A stretch of 64,000 bases of DNA from an uncultured Bacteroidaceae bacterium (GTDB lineage: Bacteria; Bacteroidota; Bacteroidia; Bacteroidales; GCA-2748055): assembly GCA_964526475.1 (NCBI GenBank), contig CAZGKF010000009.1, positions 10,248-74,247 on the forward strand. The letters run 5' to 3'. The position numbers and the translations under genes are program-made. Positions 1 to 10,975 of this stretch are shown in pieces; positions within the stretch are counted from its first letter, which is position 1, and each line of letters starts with the position of its first letter. Below the pieces are notes generated by a model, which saw only the letters and a list, made by a program, of their open reading frames with translations, was not told the origin of the DNA and did not search any database.

Positions 1-3000
1 ATTTCCCCGGATTTTGAAAGTCCGTCATCAAGATTCTTATTGGTACCGGATTTTGGGTTTCTCACTCCTATCATAATAGTACGGATGTTTGAAAGGTTGG
101 GATTACCTGAAATACTTACTTTATTCCCGTTATCATCATAAATAACAAAAACAGTATTCAGGTCAACAATTGATCCGGGCTGATGCATTGCATTATTTCT
201 GGCTTGTTTAGCCTGTTGGAAAATTTCAAGCTCAATATCAAATCTATTTTCCTTTGGCCATACGACTCTTCTTTCGGTATCGCTATCTCCTTTGTATCTT
301 CCGGGAGGGGTTATTTTCAGGGGTACCTCATATTCATAGAAGTTCCCTTTATAATCTGATCCAAGCCTTATAAATGCAACCAGATCGTAGTCATTTAAGA
401 TTTGTCCGGTAACGGCTTCGGCATGAGCTTCCATCTCTATCCTTTTGTATTGTCGTATATCGAGGGCTACATTTTTGTATGCAGTTCTGGAATCTCCATC
501 TTCAAGATCTCTTACCTTTAATACAATAGATTGTTCATTCAGTTGTCTCAGTTGAGGTTGTGAAGGATCTATTACCCTCGTAATACCCGGAGGCAGAACG
601 TAGTTTACAGGTTCTTTGCCTGCATTCTCTTCAATGTTTACAGCGGAAATATCAAAAGAGCCGGTAACGGGTTCACTGCCTGTCCAGGTTTCCCCGCCCT
701 CAGCCAGATCAAAGTTATATTTTCTCCACTCACTGCGTATAAGATGAAGCCTGGCAAAACGGAGTACAACAGAATCTTCAAAACCGGTCATGTACATTCT
801 GACAAAACGTATAGATTTGAAGTCCTGAATATCTCCTACAGTTTTTTCATAATCCCTGATAGGTACCCTGAACTGATACCAGTACACAGCCGATTTTGAT
901 CCATTAATGAAAGTAATTTCATTTCTCACCTTGTCAACAATAAAGTTTCTTCCTACTTCCAGGTCCTGGGGCCGCATACTTATGCGATAGGAATAAAAAC
1001 TTTCACTTTCGCTAAGCGTATTATCGCGGTTTATATCTTCCACATCCGGAAGAGTGGAGCCTGTGGTAGGGTAAGGTTCCTCTGACTGTTCGGCGGTAGG
1101 GCTGTTACTTTCCAGACCATTGTAATATTTATATCTCTCCAGAATTCCAAGTCTCTGCCTGTCATAGTCTGTGCCTCTGTAATAATGAAAATTATCGCTG
1201 GAAGGGTCTTCCTCGATATTACTTAATGCCTCAGGGGTGAGTACGGATCGGAGGTTTTCAAGGAAGTCAGAAAAAAAAGATTGTTCATCTTCGTTGGAAA
1301 ATCCATCAAGTCCTACATCCTGATATTTTCTTGATTCCGGATCATAATTAAATGCGGGAACAAGCGATTGCACCCGGGGAACACGTCCCCAGGCAGTAGT
1401 GTCAACAAGTGTCACCTCTGCTGTTGATGGTAATCCGTTCTCGAATGATTTCCTTCCATCTTTAAGAACATCCTCTGAAATACTTCCCAGGTTAAAAAAT
1501 AAATCACCTCCACTGTGCCCATTGTCCTCAACAAAAGGATCCATCATCCAAAACTCTATAAATTCAACATTTGCAGCTTCAAAGTCGTTAGAAATTATCT
1601 CACGCATGATTCCTCCCCAACGTTCCTTTGGCTGTGATAAAGTGCCATCCGGGTTAATATTCTGCCAGTCATAATTATATGGGCCTCTTTCTTTAGGGTA
1701 GAAGGCAAGGTTTAGAACAGATATATTCGTGGGGATCCCACTCGGTGATTCTTTTTTGGGAAAAATATCTTTTTCAAAGATTTCCCTGACGAAATGACTT
1801 GATTGCTGATCAGGATTCTCTTTAAGATGAGAAGGAGTCAAAGCATTGTTTCTTAGAAACAGGGGATCAATATAGTACCATGCGAGTTTTGCCCTGTTAT
1901 AACCATATCTCAGATCATTGCTGAGCAGAGCTTCCGGAAAATTATCGGAAGGGGTACTTGAGATTGACCATGCGGAGAATTGCTTCAGATCAATAGTGGT
2001 TTCACTCCCTTCAAAATCGTCGATATACGCATTTCCTTTTTTTTCAATGGCCCGGGAATGGCCGGGAATGAGGTGTGCAAATTCACCGGTAAATGAAATA
2101 TTGGAAACCTCTTTCGTTTCCAGCAGGGGAAACTTGTCCAGGATGGTGGTTAACCATTGTGATTCTGTTCTATAGGAAGTATTCAATCCCCAAAGGGTGT
2201 TTGAAATAGGTTCATCGCCAATATTAACTTTCTGGGTAAGAGGCCGTTCAGTAAGATTTAAAATGGTACCTCCTATATTGAAATTATCAGAAACCCTGTA
2301 ATCGAGATGAGCACCAAAAAGGGTTTTTGTCTGAATATTGAAAAGAGTGTTACTTTCCAGTGAAATGCGAACGGGAGTTCCTGATTCCATAAGCCCCAGA
2401 TTAATTATATTAACTCTTCCAATTGTATAATCGACGGTGTAGTCAACATTTTCAACGAGTTCTCTCCCTCCGGCAGTTACTTTCACCGACCCGGGTGGTA
2501 TATTCATAGCGTTGAGCATTATTTCGGAACTGGATGCCGATTGATATGAACCGGATAGTTTAAATTTATTTTTTTCTGCTATCTGCTGGGCTTTTGTTTT
2601 CGTTGAATCATAAAGTTCGCGGAAAACATACCTGTTTATTACCTCCTGATTGTTTCCAAGTTGCTGGAGTATGATTTTCTCAAGATCTTCACCGAAAGGT
2701 TCAAGGATTGGAAAAATGACTCTTCCGTTAGTCGGATTTATGGTAATCCCCGGGATAAAGTCGAACTGTCCGTCGGGATAAGGATCGCTATTGGAGTTCA
2801 GGTTATCAAGGTTGAAAAGCTTAAGGAGAATTTTTTTATTCAGATCACCTTCCGGGATATAATTAATAGCATTACCGGTTTTGTCATCCTGATACAGAAT
2901 TTCCAGGGAAAAATCCTGTGGGTTCACCTGGTAAGCACCAATAGCATAAATATTTTTCATCATCAGTTTCCAGGTTGGAGAGGAGGGAGTAAAATTTGAC

Positions 3001-4526
3001 CCTTTAAGTAGTTTAAGATACAGAGCATTGGGTGCACTTATCCCGGAGGTCGATAATTCGCCGACATTATAGGTCTTTCCGTTGAAAGTATATTCATATG
3101 CAACTGCGAGAATTTCGTCGGAATTTAATGCTGAATTGAGTGAGATGTAACCCAGTTTATCATTAAAACTATATTCTCTTGAAGAAAGTCGACGGGCATT
3201 TTCTATTTTTTCATAATCTCTTACAGGTACAAAGTCGGGCTGCAATGGCTGGAAAATATTGGTAACCTGGTTTATACTTCTGACATCGGAATATATCCCT
3301 GAACTCATTTGCCCGTAAAGATCGTTTAATTCATTTCTGGGATTGTTGCCAGCTTCAGCCGGATTCCGGATGAACAAAGGAGAAAAGGGTTCCGGTTCTC
3401 CGAGATCAGTAAAGGCCAGTATGTTTCTGGATTCTTCAAAATTACTCGTCTTATTGGTTATCCATACTTCAATTCTTGTGATTGTAATTCCTGAGTTGAT
3501 CACCGGAAGATTTACAAGTGCTTTGTTATAGTTTTGCATGAAATATCCGGAAAGAAAAAAATGCCTGTTGGCATCGTAGTTATCAACTGTTATATCATAA
3601 TCATTTAGTTGCGCTCCCCCCTGTACTTCTATCACTGAAGTTTCTCCCTTTTGCTGGGAAAAAACATTTGTCACGGTCAGTTTCCCGAACTGCATTTCAG
3701 TTTTAAGACCGAATAAACTCTGACTCCCTGTTATCAGAGAACCGGAAAGTGGGAGGGTAATATTTCCGGCTTCAATCTTTTTTATTATCTCATCTTCTTT
3801 ACCTGAATATTCCAGTTTTGTCCTGTTCTCAAAATCGAAGGTAGCTTCTGTATTATAATTAACATCAAGTTTCATTTTGTCGCCGATATTTCCGGAAACA
3901 TTCATAAGGATTTTTTCCTCAAAGTTGAATGAAGGTGTTTTACGCAATCTTTCGCTAAGAGTGGGATTGTCGATCCTTGACATGTTAAAGCCGAATATCA
4001 GTTCTGCTGAACCGGTTGGATTGATGTTAATAACATTAGTTCCAAAAACCCGATCGAAGGTTTCTCCTCCGACACTCAACTGAGGGATGAATCCCGGCAG
4101 TGTTTCAATCCTTTCTCCCCTGGATTTCTGCCGCCAGTATTCCATCATGTTCTTTCGGTGTTGATATTTCTGAAACTCACTGAATGTCATTGTCTGCGGG
4201 GGACGGTAATAGTAATCTCCAATTTTTTCTTTAAAATAATACTGTTTTGTAACCGGGTCATATTCAATAATTTGTTTAATATTAGATGGTTGCCGGAGAT
4301 AAAGAGGGGATTCAAGACCTGAACCGGAGTAGGGGAAATTTCCTTTTTCAGAGAAGGGAAATTGAAGATCAGAAGTATCTGGTTGCGAAAAGATGATTAA
4401 ATACTCTGATGATAAATAATTGTCCAATGCTTTCATACTTCCTGCGGTGGCGAGCATCCGGAAGGAGAAGAAAATAAGGTGGAGGGCTAGAACCGCCGTG
4501 AGTTTGTATAAAAGTATTTTTCTCAA
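1..4526 (-). CDS. sprA: Type IX secretion translocon / gliding-motility protein SprA, N-terminal ~1500 codons (3' end of the gene lies beyond window position 1)
   Basis: It is absent from the ORF track because the frame runs off the window. My manual minus-strand translation from TTG 4526 (in-frame ATG at 4457) gives a signal-like LRKILLYKLTAVLALHLIFF. It continues with ..RKTPSFNFEEKILMNVSGNIGDKMKLDVNYNTEATFDFENRTKLEYSGKEDEIIKKIEAGNITLPLSGSLITGSQSLFGLKTEMQFGKLTVTNVFSQQKGE..ITRIEVWITNK, which matches the conserved SprA N-terminal region as I remember it. The same frame is still open at position 1 (..NPKSGTNKNLDDGLSKSGE). Only short plus-strand ORFs occur in 1-4500. Confidence 0.8.
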   Translation of the reverse strand, partial: MRKILLYKLTAVLALHLIFFSFRMLATAGSMKALDNYLSSEYLIIFSQPDTSDLQFPFSEKGNFPYSGSGLESPLYLRQPSNIKQIIEYDPVTKQYYFKEKIGDYYYRPPQTMTFSEFQKYQHRKNMMEYWRQKSRGERIETLPGFIPQLSVGGETFDRVFGTNVININPTGSAELIFGFNMSRIDNPTLSERLRKTPSFNFEEKILMNVSGNIGDKMKLDVNYNTEATFDFENRTKLEYSGKEDEIIKKIEAGNITLPLSGSLITGSQSLFGLKTEMQFGKLTVTNVFSQQKGETSVIEVQGGAQLNDYDITVDNYDANRHFFLSGYFMQNYNKALVNLPVINSGITITRIEVWITNKTSNFEESRNILAFTDLGEPEPFSPLFIRNPAEAGNNPRNELNDLYGQMSSGIYSDVRSINQVTNIFQPLQPDFVPVRDYEKIENARRLSSREYSFNDKLGYISLNSALNSDEILAVAYEYTFNGKTYNVGELSTSGISAPNALYLKLLKGSNFTPSSPTWKLMMKNIYAIGAYQVNPQDFSLEILYQDDKTGNAINYIPEGDLNKKILLKLFNLDNLNSNSDPYPDGQFDFIPGITINPTNGRVIFPILEPFGEDLEKIILQQLGNNQEVINRYVFRELYDSTKTKAQQIAEKNKFKLSGSYQSASSSEIMLNAMNIPPGSVKVTAGGRELVENVDYTVDYTIGRVNIINLGLMESGTPVRISLESNTLFNIQTKTLFGAHLDYRVSDNFNIGGTILNLTERPLTQKVNIGDEPISNTLWGLNTSYRTESQWLTTILDKFPLLETKEVSNISFTGEFAHLIPGHSRAIEKKGNAYIDDFEGSETTIDLKQFSAWSISSTPSDNFPEALLSNDLRYGYNRAKLAWYYIDPLFLRNNALTPSHLKENPDQQSSHFVREIFEKDIFPKKESPSGIPTNISVLNLAFYPKERGPYNYDWQNINPDGTLSQPKERWGGIMREIISNDFEAANVEFIEFWMMDPFVEDNGHSGGDLFFNLGSISEDVLKDGRKSFENGLPSTAEVTLVDTTAWGRVPRVQSLVPAFNYDPESRKYQDVGLDGFSNEDEQSFFSDFLENLRSVLTPEALSNIEEDPSSDNFHYYRGTDYDRQRLGILERYKYYNGLESNSPTAEQSEEPYPTTGSTLPDVEDINRDNTLSESESFYSYRISMRPQDLEVGRNFIVDKVRNEITFINGSKSAVYWYQFRVPIRDYEKTVGDIQDFKSIRFVRMYMTGFEDSVVLRFARLHLIRSEWRKYNFDLAEGGETWTGSEPVTGSFDISAVNIEENAGKEPVNYVLPPGITRVIDPSQPQLRQLNEQSIVLKVRDLEDGDSRTAYKNVALDIRQYKRIEMEAHAEAVTGQILNDYDLVAFIRLGSDYKGNFYEYEVPLKITPPGRYKGDSDTERRVVWPKENRFDIELEIFQQAKQARNNAMHQPGSIVDLNTVFVIYDDNGNKVSISGNPNLSNIRTIMIGVRNPKSGTNKNLDDGLSKSGE

Positions 4527-4533
4527 ATTTTGC

Positions 4534-5115
4534 TCACAAAATTTTCAAAGCTTGTTTAATGAGCTCTTCAGCTGTCAGGGCTGAATTTTTCGACAATATG
4601 TCGCCGACAACTTTCTCAACTTGTTTTTTCTGAAAACCTAAAGCGACTAAAGCAATTAACGATTCTTCACGGATTGTATTGCGTTCTGGAAGGAATATAT
4701 CATATGCCCGGGCGCCTTTACCGATTTTATCTTTAAGATCAACGATTACTCTCTGAGCAGTTTTAGCACCAATTCCTTTAATATTTTGCAGGGCATATAC
4801 ATTTCCGGTTAGAATAGCCTCTTCAACTTCAGACGGTTCCATGGATGATAATATAAGCCTGGCAGTATTTGCTCCTATCCCGCTTACAGTAATAAGCTGG
4901 CGAAAGATCTCCCTTTCTGTTTTATCAATAAACCCATAAAGAATATGAGCATCTTCCCTGATTACTTCATGGATAAAAAGCCTGCATTGTCCGCTTTCAG
5001 GAATACCGGAATAGGAATAAAGAGAAATATTTACAAAAAAGCCGGTTCCTCCTGATTGAAGTACAATGTTTGCCGGTGTTCTTTCTATAACTGAACCCTC
5101 AATGAACTCATACAT
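4534..5115 (-). CDS. ruvA: Holliday junction branch migration complex subunit RuvA
   Basis: 193 aa starting MYEFIEGSV..; two helix-hairpin-helix pairs (VSGIGANTARLILSS, IKGIGAKTAQRVIVDLKDK); typical RuvA length and C-terminal domain III. Confidence 0.93.
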   Translation of the reverse strand: MYEFIEGSVIERTPANIVLQSGGTGFFVNISLYSYSGIPESGQCRLFIHEVIREDAHILYGFIDKTEREIFRQLITVSGIGANTARLILSSMEPSEVEEAILTGNVYALQNIKGIGAKTAQRVIVDLKDKIGKGARAYDIFLPERNTIREESLIALVALGFQKKQVEKVVGDILSKNSALTAEELIKQALKIL

Positions 5116-5216
5116 ATATTCAAATTTGGGCTAAAATTAAATAAAAGTTACGAAAGACGAAAGATTTAATATTTTGATTAAGTGAAGAAACGAAGATTGA
5201 TGAAAACTAATGTTCT

Positions 5217-7499
5217 CTATTTGCAATTTTCCCTTTCAATACATTGAGCATCCACCACTGCAATAGAGGCAATGTTTACAATTTCCCTTACAGAGCTTTC
5301 AATCTGAAGTATGTGAACGGGCTTTGCCAGACCTAACAATATTGGTCCTATTACTTCTGCCCCTCCGATTTCCTGCATCATCTTGTATGCAATATTTCCT
5401 GAACTCAGGTTTGGGAAAATAACAGTATTTACTACTTTCTCATGAATTTTTGTGAAAGGGAATTTATTTGTTCGTAATGATTTGTTAAGAGCAAAGTTAG
5501 CCTGCATCTCACCATCAACAATAAGTTCAGGATAATCTTTGTGCAGAATCTCAACAGCTTCGCGGACCCTTTGAGGACTTCCATCCCGTGTGGAGCCAAA
5601 GTTGGAAAAGGACAACATAGCAATCACTGGCTTAATGTTTAACCTTTCAACTGCTCGTGCAGTAAGAATTGTTGTGTCTGCAAGTGTTTGGGCTGATGGC
5701 TGGATATTTACAGTTGTATCTGCAAAAAAGAAAGGCCCTTTCTTTGTTTGAACAAGGTACATTCCGGCAATATGTTTCTGGGGATTGTTTGTGCCTGTAA
5801 TTTGCAGTGCGGGACGGATAACATCAGCATATTTGCTTGAAAACCCTGAGATAAAGGCATCAGCTTCATTGGTTTCCAACATCATCACCCCAAAATAATT
5901 TGGGTTGAACATTAGCTCATATGATTCTTCATAGTTCAATCCTTTTCTTTTTCTTTTTTCATAAAGAATTTTCGCAAAGCTTGTTCTTCGGTAGTCCTCT
6001 TCTTTGCTTCTGGGGTCAATAATCTTAATTTTTCCAAGGTCGAGATGGTTCTCCTCAATTAACCAGTGGATTTCTTCTTTATTTCCCAGAAGTACAGGAG
6101 TCGCAATTCTTTCATTAAGAAGTTCCTGCACAGCTTTCAATACTTTATAATTTGCTGCTTCAGCGAAAAGGATGCGTTTAGGGTTCTCCTGAGCTTTATT
6201 TCTTATTTCCCTGATTATTTGATTGTCTAACCCAAGCCTTTGTGTTAACTCTGTTTTATATGCCTCCCAGTCATCGATCTCTCTTTTGGCCACACCGGAT
6301 TTAATAGCAGCTTTCGCAACAGCAGGGGCAACTCTCGATATCAACCGGGGGTCAAGAGGTTTAGGAATAATATATTCTCTTCCAAATACCAGGTTACTTG
6401 CCATATAAGCACGGTTTACAGCTTCCGGTACATCTTCCTTGGCTAGTTCCGCCAGAGCCTGCACCGCTGCAATTTTCATTTCCTCATTAATAGTAGTGGC
6501 TCTGACATCCAAAGCTCCTCTGAAGATGAAGGGAAAGCCCAGAACATTATTTATCTGGTTAGGATAATCCGATCTTCCTGTGGCAAAAATGATATCTTTT
6601 CTTGCATCCATAGCCAACTCATATTTTATTTCAGGGTTGGGGTTAGCCATAGCAAAAACAACAGGATCTTTTGCCATGGATAATAACATATCCTGAGTAA
6701 AAACATCGGCAACTGAGAGTCCGAGAAATACATCTGCCCCTTTTACAGCTTCTGCTAAAGATGTTATTTTCGTTTCTACTGCAAATTCCTGTTTATATTT
6801 ATTCAGATCAGTACGGTTTTTATTTATTACCCCTTTACTGTCGATCATAATAATATTTTGTTGTTTTACTCCCAGTGATACATAAAGTTTCGCACAGGAA
6901 ATTGCGGAGGCTCCGGCACCGTTTACAACAACTTTAATATCTGATATTTTTTTCCCGTTTAATTCAAGGGCATTGAGCAAACCGGCAGCTGAAATAATGG
7001 CAGTTCCATGCTGGTCATCATGAAATACGGGGATATCGAGTTCCTTTTTTAATCGTTCTTCTATCTCAAAACACTCAGGAGCTTTAATATCTTCCAGATT
7101 AATCCCACCGAATGTAGGAGAAATGGCTTTTACTACTTCAATAAATTCATCCGGATTTTTTCTGTCCAGTTCAATATCGAACACATCCACATCAGCAAAT
7201 ATTTTAAAGAGTAAACCTTTTCCTTCCATAACCGGTTTTCCTGCCATTGCCCCTATGTCTCCCAGTCCTAATACTGCAGTACCATTTGAAATAACTGCCA
7301 CAAGATTCCCTTTTGTTGTATATTTATATACATCTTCCGGATTTTTTTCAATTGCCAGACAGGGTTCAGCTACCCCGGGAGAGTATGCCAGGGAGAGGTC
7401 CAATTGATTACTGTGAGGTTTGGTAGGGATCACTTCCAGCTTTCCGGGACGCCCCATAGAGTGGTAATTCAGAGCGTCTTCACGAGTGAATTTTGCCAT
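5217..7499 (-). CDS. maeB: NADP-dependent malic enzyme (malic enzyme domain fused to a phosphotransacetylase-like C-terminal domain)
   Basis: 760 aa; N-terminus [56 protein letters not shown] is typical of MaeB; the PTA-like C-terminal half is present. Confidence 0.92.
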   Translation of the reverse strand: MAKFTREDALNYHSMGRPGKLEVIPTKPHSNQLDLSLAYSPGVAEPCLAIEKNPEDVYKYTTKGNLVAVISNGTAVLGLGDIGAMAGKPVMEGKGLLFKIFADVDVFDIELDRKNPDEFIEVVKAISPTFGGINLEDIKAPECFEIEERLKKELDIPVFHDDQHGTAIISAAGLLNALELNGKKISDIKVVVNGAGASAISCAKLYVSLGVKQQNIIMIDSKGVINKNRTDLNKYKQEFAVETKITSLAEAVKGADVFLGLSVADVFTQDMLLSMAKDPVVFAMANPNPEIKYELAMDARKDIIFATGRSDYPNQINNVLGFPFIFRGALDVRATTINEEMKIAAVQALAELAKEDVPEAVNRAYMASNLVFGREYIIPKPLDPRLISRVAPAVAKAAIKSGVAKREIDDWEAYKTELTQRLGLDNQIIREIRNKAQENPKRILFAEAANYKVLKAVQELLNERIATPVLLGNKEEIHWLIEENHLDLGKIKIIDPRSKEEDYRRTSFAKILYEKRKRKGLNYEESYELMFNPNYFGVMMLETNEADAFISGFSSKYADVIRPALQITGTNNPQKHIAGMYLVQTKKGPFFFADTTVNIQPSAQTLADTTILTARAVERLNIKPVIAMLSFSNFGSTRDGSPQRVREAVEILHKDYPELIVDGEMQANFALNKSLRTNKFPFTKIHEKVVNTVIFPNLSSGNIAYKMMQEIGGAEVIGPILLGLAKPVHILQIESSVREIVNIASIAVVDAQCIERENCK

Positions 7500-7605
7500 T
7501 GTTTTTGAGTTAGCGTGGATAAATAAGTTAAATCAGAAAACAAAGTTAAAAAAAGTGTACACTCAAAACCAGAAATGTTCCTGATCGGACAGGTAAAAAG
7601 GAATG

Positions 7606-9138
7606 TTATTGAACAGTAACTCCGGGGGAATAATATAAACCGGCACCCGGACCTAAAGGAATGCCTATAATGATCCATACAACCAGCAGCAGAGCCCAGA
7701 GAATGAAAAATGCAATAGTATAGGGAAGCATGGTGGCAATGATGGTTCCAATCCCTGTCTTTGAATCATATTTCTGAAAAAATGCTATAATAAGTGCAAA
7801 GAAGCTCATCATGGGCGAAATAATATTTGTTACACTATCACCGATCCGGAATACCACCTGGGATAACTCAGGGGAATACCCCAGAAACATAAAAATGGGT
7901 ATAAAAATAGGTGCAAGAATGGCCCATTTTGCCGAGGCACTGCCCATAAACATGTTAAGGCATGCAGCAAATACAATAAAAAGTAGTACCAGGGGGATTA
8001 CCCCCATATTCGTGTTGGCAATAAAAAGAGCGCCTTTTATTGCCAGGATAAGCCCAAGATTACTCCATTTAAAATATGCAACAAACTGAGCAGCGAAAAA
8101 CACAAGTACAACATATGCAGCAAGAGTCCTGATACCCGATTCCATACTTTTCATTACATCAGAGTCGTTTTTGAATCTGCCAGTGACTTTTCCGTAAATG
8201 ATGCCTGTTACTGCTGCATATATCACCATGATAATCACAACTCCCTCAATAAGAGGGGAGTAAAGTATGCTTCCTTCCTTACCTCTGAGAAAACCGTCGA
8301 AAGGTATTATTCCTATAAGAATGATGACAGTTAGAATGATGAAACCGATAAAACTCCATTTGATTCCTCTCTTTTCCAGAGCATTTAAGGGTTCCATTCC
8401 ATTTACAGTATCTTCCTCCCCTGTATATTTTCCCAGTCTTGGCTCAACTATTTTTTCTGAAACAAATGTTCCTGCAATAGCTATGATAAATGTAGATATT
8501 ATCATAAAATAATAGTTGGCGGTTGGATTTACAATATATTTGTCATCCACTATTTGTGCTGCTTCCTGACTTAATCCGGAGAGAAGAGGATCAATAGCAC
8601 CAATAAGAAGATTCGCAGAGAATCCTCCCGATACACCGGCGAATGCTGCTGCCATTCCAGCCAGTGGATTTCTTCCCATAGCCATAAAGATGACTCCTGA
8701 AAGAGGTATAAGAAGAACGTAACCTACGTCACCTGCTACATTTGAAACTATCCCTGAAAAAACAATAACGAATGTAAGAAGTCTTTTTGGGGAAGAAAGA
8801 ATCAGAAGCCTTATAAGAGCAGAAATTAAACCACTCGACTCGGCAATACCTATACCCAGCATTGCAACAAGAACAATCCCAAGTGGAGCAAAATTCGTGA
8901 AGTTCTTTACCATCATAAGTATTACCTGATGGAATCCGTCTTTCGATAAAAGATTTACCGGATTAATCGCTTCTTGTGTTACCGGATGGAGTGCATTCCA
9001 GCCAACCCGGCAGGCCAGGCCGGATAAAAGTAATACTGAGAGAGCAAATAATGCGAATAAAGTGGCGGGATGAGGAAGAAGATTCCCGCCTTTTTCCACG
9101 ATATTTAGAAAACTGTTAAAAAATGATCTTTTTGCCAT
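7606..9138 (-). CDS. AbgT family (p-aminobenzoyl-glutamate-type) transporter
   Basis: 510 aa polytopic membrane protein. N-terminus ..FLNIVEKGGNLLPHPATLFALFALSVLLLSG and overall length are typical of the AbgT family. Confidence 0.82.
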   Translation of the reverse strand: MAKRSFFNSFLNIVEKGGNLLPHPATLFALFALSVLLLSGLACRVGWNALHPVTQEAINPVNLLSKDGFHQVILMMVKNFTNFAPLGIVLVAMLGIGIAESSGLISALIRLLILSSPKRLLTFVIVFSGIVSNVAGDVGYVLLIPLSGVIFMAMGRNPLAGMAAAFAGVSGGFSANLLIGAIDPLLSGLSQEAAQIVDDKYIVNPTANYYFMIISTFIIAIAGTFVSEKIVEPRLGKYTGEEDTVNGMEPLNALEKRGIKWSFIGFIILTVIILIGIIPFDGFLRGKEGSILYSPLIEGVVIIMVIYAAVTGIIYGKVTGRFKNDSDVMKSMESGIRTLAAYVVLVFFAAQFVAYFKWSNLGLILAIKGALFIANTNMGVIPLVLLFIVFAACLNMFMGSASAKWAILAPIFIPIFMFLGYSPELSQVVFRIGDSVTNIISPMMSFFALIIAFFQKYDSKTGIGTIIATMLPYTIAFFILWALLLVVWIIIGIPLGPGAGLYYSPGVTVQ

Positions 9139-9228
9139 GTATGCAGAACAGGATCAGAATATATTAAAGGCTGAAAATAGTGAAAATCTGTTAAAGCAGG
9201 TAATTTTTTGAATTAATCTGCCATGTTA

Positions 9229-10026
9229 TCACATATCCGAATAATCGGTCGGATATAAGATATATTTCACTATCCGGGATACAGTATTCTTATATTCTTC
9301 CATTCCAGATAAAATTTTCCAATCGGGGTGATTCCGGAAAGTATTCCATTTTTCTTCATGAGAGTTTTTATCGGAGTAGGTTGTCATATACATAAGATTT
9401 GGCATGGAAGATCCTGAAATAACCTCTCCATAAAAGACTGCATTGAAACCGAGTCTTTCAAAAAGTTCAATTTCCCCTCCTTCATTAAACATTTCCACTT
9501 TCTTCATATAGATTTTCTCGGTTGCCCCCTCGTAACTTCGTAATTCATATATTCTTTCCCTTTTAGATGTGGTATATTCCGGAACACTGTACTCTGGCAT
9601 ATGGGAAAAAGCCCTGAGCAATGTCGACTCAATTCTCTCATATGGTGGATTATTGTATTTAGCATTAATGTAATCAGCGCCATCTGACTGGTAATTCAGA
9701 TCTTTTTCAAGCATACGGGGGATTTCCTCAAATTGGGTTAACGACGTATAAGGGATAAAAACAACCAGGATTTTTTCTGGTGAATTGTCATCTTCATGTG
9801 GTTTAAATACCCCGACTTTACTTATTCCTGCTCTGTGTAATGCCGGGATATAAGCTTCTTTAAGATATTTATCCAAACGGGCTTCCTGAATATTGTCCTT
9901 AATACGAAATATTTTTATTTCATAAAAATCCCTATTGGATGCAAGGGTGTTATTAACAAGGAAGAAAGAAATTAACACTAAGAAAACAGCAAATGATTGA
10001 AAATTAAATTTAGATGAACTTTTCAT
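9229..10026 (-). CDS. Secreted NIPSNAP-family protein
   Basis: 265 aa with a signal peptide. Two NIPSNAP-like halves (FYEIKIFRIKD.., IYELRSYEGATEKIYMKKVEMFNEGGEIELFERLGFNAVFYGEV..MPNLMYMTTY). Confidence 0.6.
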   Translation of the reverse strand: MKSSSKFNFQSFAVFLVLISFFLVNNTLASNRDFYEIKIFRIKDNIQEARLDKYLKEAYIPALHRAGISKVGVFKPHEDDNSPEKILVVFIPYTSLTQFEEIPRMLEKDLNYQSDGADYINAKYNNPPYERIESTLLRAFSHMPEYSVPEYTTSKRERIYELRSYEGATEKIYMKKVEMFNEGGEIELFERLGFNAVFYGEVISGSSMPNLMYMTTYSDKNSHEEKWNTFRNHPDWKILSGMEEYKNTVSRIVKYILYPTDYSDM

Positions 10027-10102
10027 AAATGATATTTTTTAAAAAGGGTGTTAATAAAAAGTTTGTGAAGATAAACATTAGAATTTAAATGGCGAAAAGA
10101 AG

Positions 10103-10975
10103 TTAATGTGGGAGTAAGAAGGAACGGTGCGGATTACATTTATGATTCTCAATTATTTTAATAATTTCAGAATAATCAGATGATTTTTTATTGTTGATTT
10201 TTAACTGAGCGATATACGCTGCATTACCCGAACCCCCTGTGTAGTATCTGTAAAACCAGGAACTAAGAACAAAAAAACCATCTAAAAACCCGTAATTGGC
10301 CATTGTATAAAATCCATAAACAACAATTCCACTAAGCAAAAAAAATGAATTTAACCCACTTCCTGGTTCTCCGCAGTATAACTGTCCTAATCCAGGAAAA
10401 ATGAGGCTCATTATCTCTATTTTCCGTGGATTAAACTTTTTATTAAATTTCTCAAAGTTGGTAAAAACTGAGCTTATTTGCTGAATTCCGGTTGAATCTA
10501 AAATCACGGAAAAGTAATCAAGTGAAGTCTGGTAATCGTTTAAACCGTAATAGCAAATACCTAGAAATAAATTTCTTTTATATTGAAAGTAAGCAGAGCT
10601 ATTCCCTGGTAAATCTAGCAATTCATTTAAACCCTGGAAGTAGTTATTTAATTTGAAATGGCAAATAGATTTGTGAAAAATAAGTTCATTCCTTATACTA
10701 TCGTTTTGTTCAATATTCCAGGCAAGGTTGTAATATTTTAATGCATCTTCAAAATCTTGCTGAAAGTAAAAAACAAAGGCAATCTTCCTGTAAATGTCAG
10801 TATATTCTAATTCCGTATCAAAAAATAAAACCCGCTGGTACTCTTTTAACGCAATTTGATAATTGCCGTTAAAAAATTGCTGGTCAGAATAAGCTTTTAT
10901 TCTATGAATATCCTGTGAGAAAATGAAAAACGGGTATAATTGACTAATAATTATTGTAAATAATATTTTCCGCAT
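10103..10975 (-). CDS. TPR-like protein with C-terminal membrane segments (paralogue B of a tandem pair)
   Basis: 290 aa; signal peptide, TPR-like helices (YQIALKEYQRVLFFD.., DFEDALKYYNLAW..), then IFPGLGQLYCGEPGSGLNSFFLLSGIVVYGFY TM segments. Overlaps the upstream gene by 32 nt. Confidence 0.45.
   Translation of the reverse strand: MRKILFTIIISQLYPFFIFSQDIHRIKAYSDQQFFNGNYQIALKEYQRVLFFDTELEYTDIYRKIAFVFYFQQDFEDALKYYNLAWNIEQNDSIRNELIFHKSICHFKLNNYFQGLNELLDLPGNSSAYFQYKRNLFLGICYYGLNDYQTSLDYFSVILDSTGIQQISSVFTNFEKFNKKFNPRKIEIMSLIFPGLGQLYCGEPGSGLNSFFLLSGIVVYGFYTMANYGFLDGFFVLSSWFYRYYTGGSGNAAYIAQLKINNKKSSDYSEIIKIIENHKCNPHRSFLLPH

Noticed and set aside
4526-4534. sprA-ruvA adjacency as something unusual
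   Set aside because: As far as I remember, ruvA directly upstream of sprA is a common conserved arrangement in Bacteroidota. I treat it as ordinary core synteny.
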